A stretch of 64,000 bases of DNA, from NCBI GenBank assembly GCA_963749155.1, contig CAVVLO010000001.1, positions 864,001 through 928,000 of the forward strand. Direction: 5' to 3'. Each line of letters starts with the position of its first letter. Within the stretch, counting starts at the first letter, position 1. The translations under genes and the position numbers were made by a program. Origin of the DNA: an uncultured Armatimonadia bacterium (GTDB lineage Bacteria > Armatimonadota > Zipacnadia > CAVVLO01). This document shows, piece by piece, positions 63,800 to 64,000 of the stretch. The notes beneath the pieces were generated by a model. That model saw only the letters and a list, made by a program, of their open reading frames with translations, was not told the origin of the DNA and made no database searches.

Positions 63800-64000
63800 A
63801 TGACCCAACCGCTAGACCTGGCCAAGTTCGACCAGCCGTATGATCCAGGCACTACCGAGACCAGATGGTATGCCTACTGGATGGAACGCGGCTATTTTAG
63901 CCCCGATATGAATAGCGCCGCGCCGCGCTATTGCATCACCATCCCGCCGCCGAACGTCACAGGCTCGCTCCATATGGGGCACGCACTGTGTTATACGCTG
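63800..64000 (+). CDS. valS: Valine-tRNA ligase (5' part, truncated by window)
   Basis: [34 protein letters not shown]; Val T-box upstream. Confidence 0.95.
   Translation, partial: MTQPLDLAKFDQPYDPGTTETRWYAYWMERGYFSPDMNSAAPRYCITIPPPNVTGSLHMGHALCYTL

Overview
64 kb of GC-rich bacterial chromosome, with no prophage, IS element, CRISPR array, rRNA or tRNA recognised. A DUF1559/H-X9-DG prepilin-like gene, large secreted glycoside hydrolases and a T-box suggest an anaerobic Armatimonadota-like (Terrabacteria) organism; this is inference. From 0 to 27 kb there is a carbohydrate-active region (GH38, DUF6259-like lipoprotein, GH2+discoidin, GH84, DUF5060/clan-A, GxGYxYP, beta-propeller), interrupted by a minus-strand comEA-comEC-(alpha/alpha)6 hydrolase-cdaA-cdaR run. 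From 27 to 39 kb are an atypical IscU, a homocysteine-biosynthesis protein followed by two small ORFs missing from the ORF track, an MrfA-like helicase, pcm, a PD40 lipoprotein, paaK-ACT-dppA, the prepilin-like gene and tandem AIM24 genes. From 39 to 51 kb are glnA, an archaeal-type split glutamate synthase, rpoN and an HDOD/histidine-kinase module. From 51 to 64 kb are rpsF-ssb-rpsR with an S6:S18-type leader, PGI/PMI-fba-ROK, mfd, ricT, metG, a T-box and the 5' end of valS. About 20 frameshifts, including one in metG, are most likely long-read indel errors, so split ORFs are reported as merged genes. The best leads are three sigma-54 -24/-12 motifs (before comEA, in the glnA/AIM24 spacer and before a REC-kinase next to rpoN), a ComEC whose metallo-beta-lactamase domain has lost its metal ligands, a HypB-like CxxCGC-His tag on PGI/PMI, an HDOD-PAS-HisKA protein with no ATPase domain, and the small ORFs behind the homocysteine enzyme. 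All family calls come from motif recognition by eye, not from database searches.
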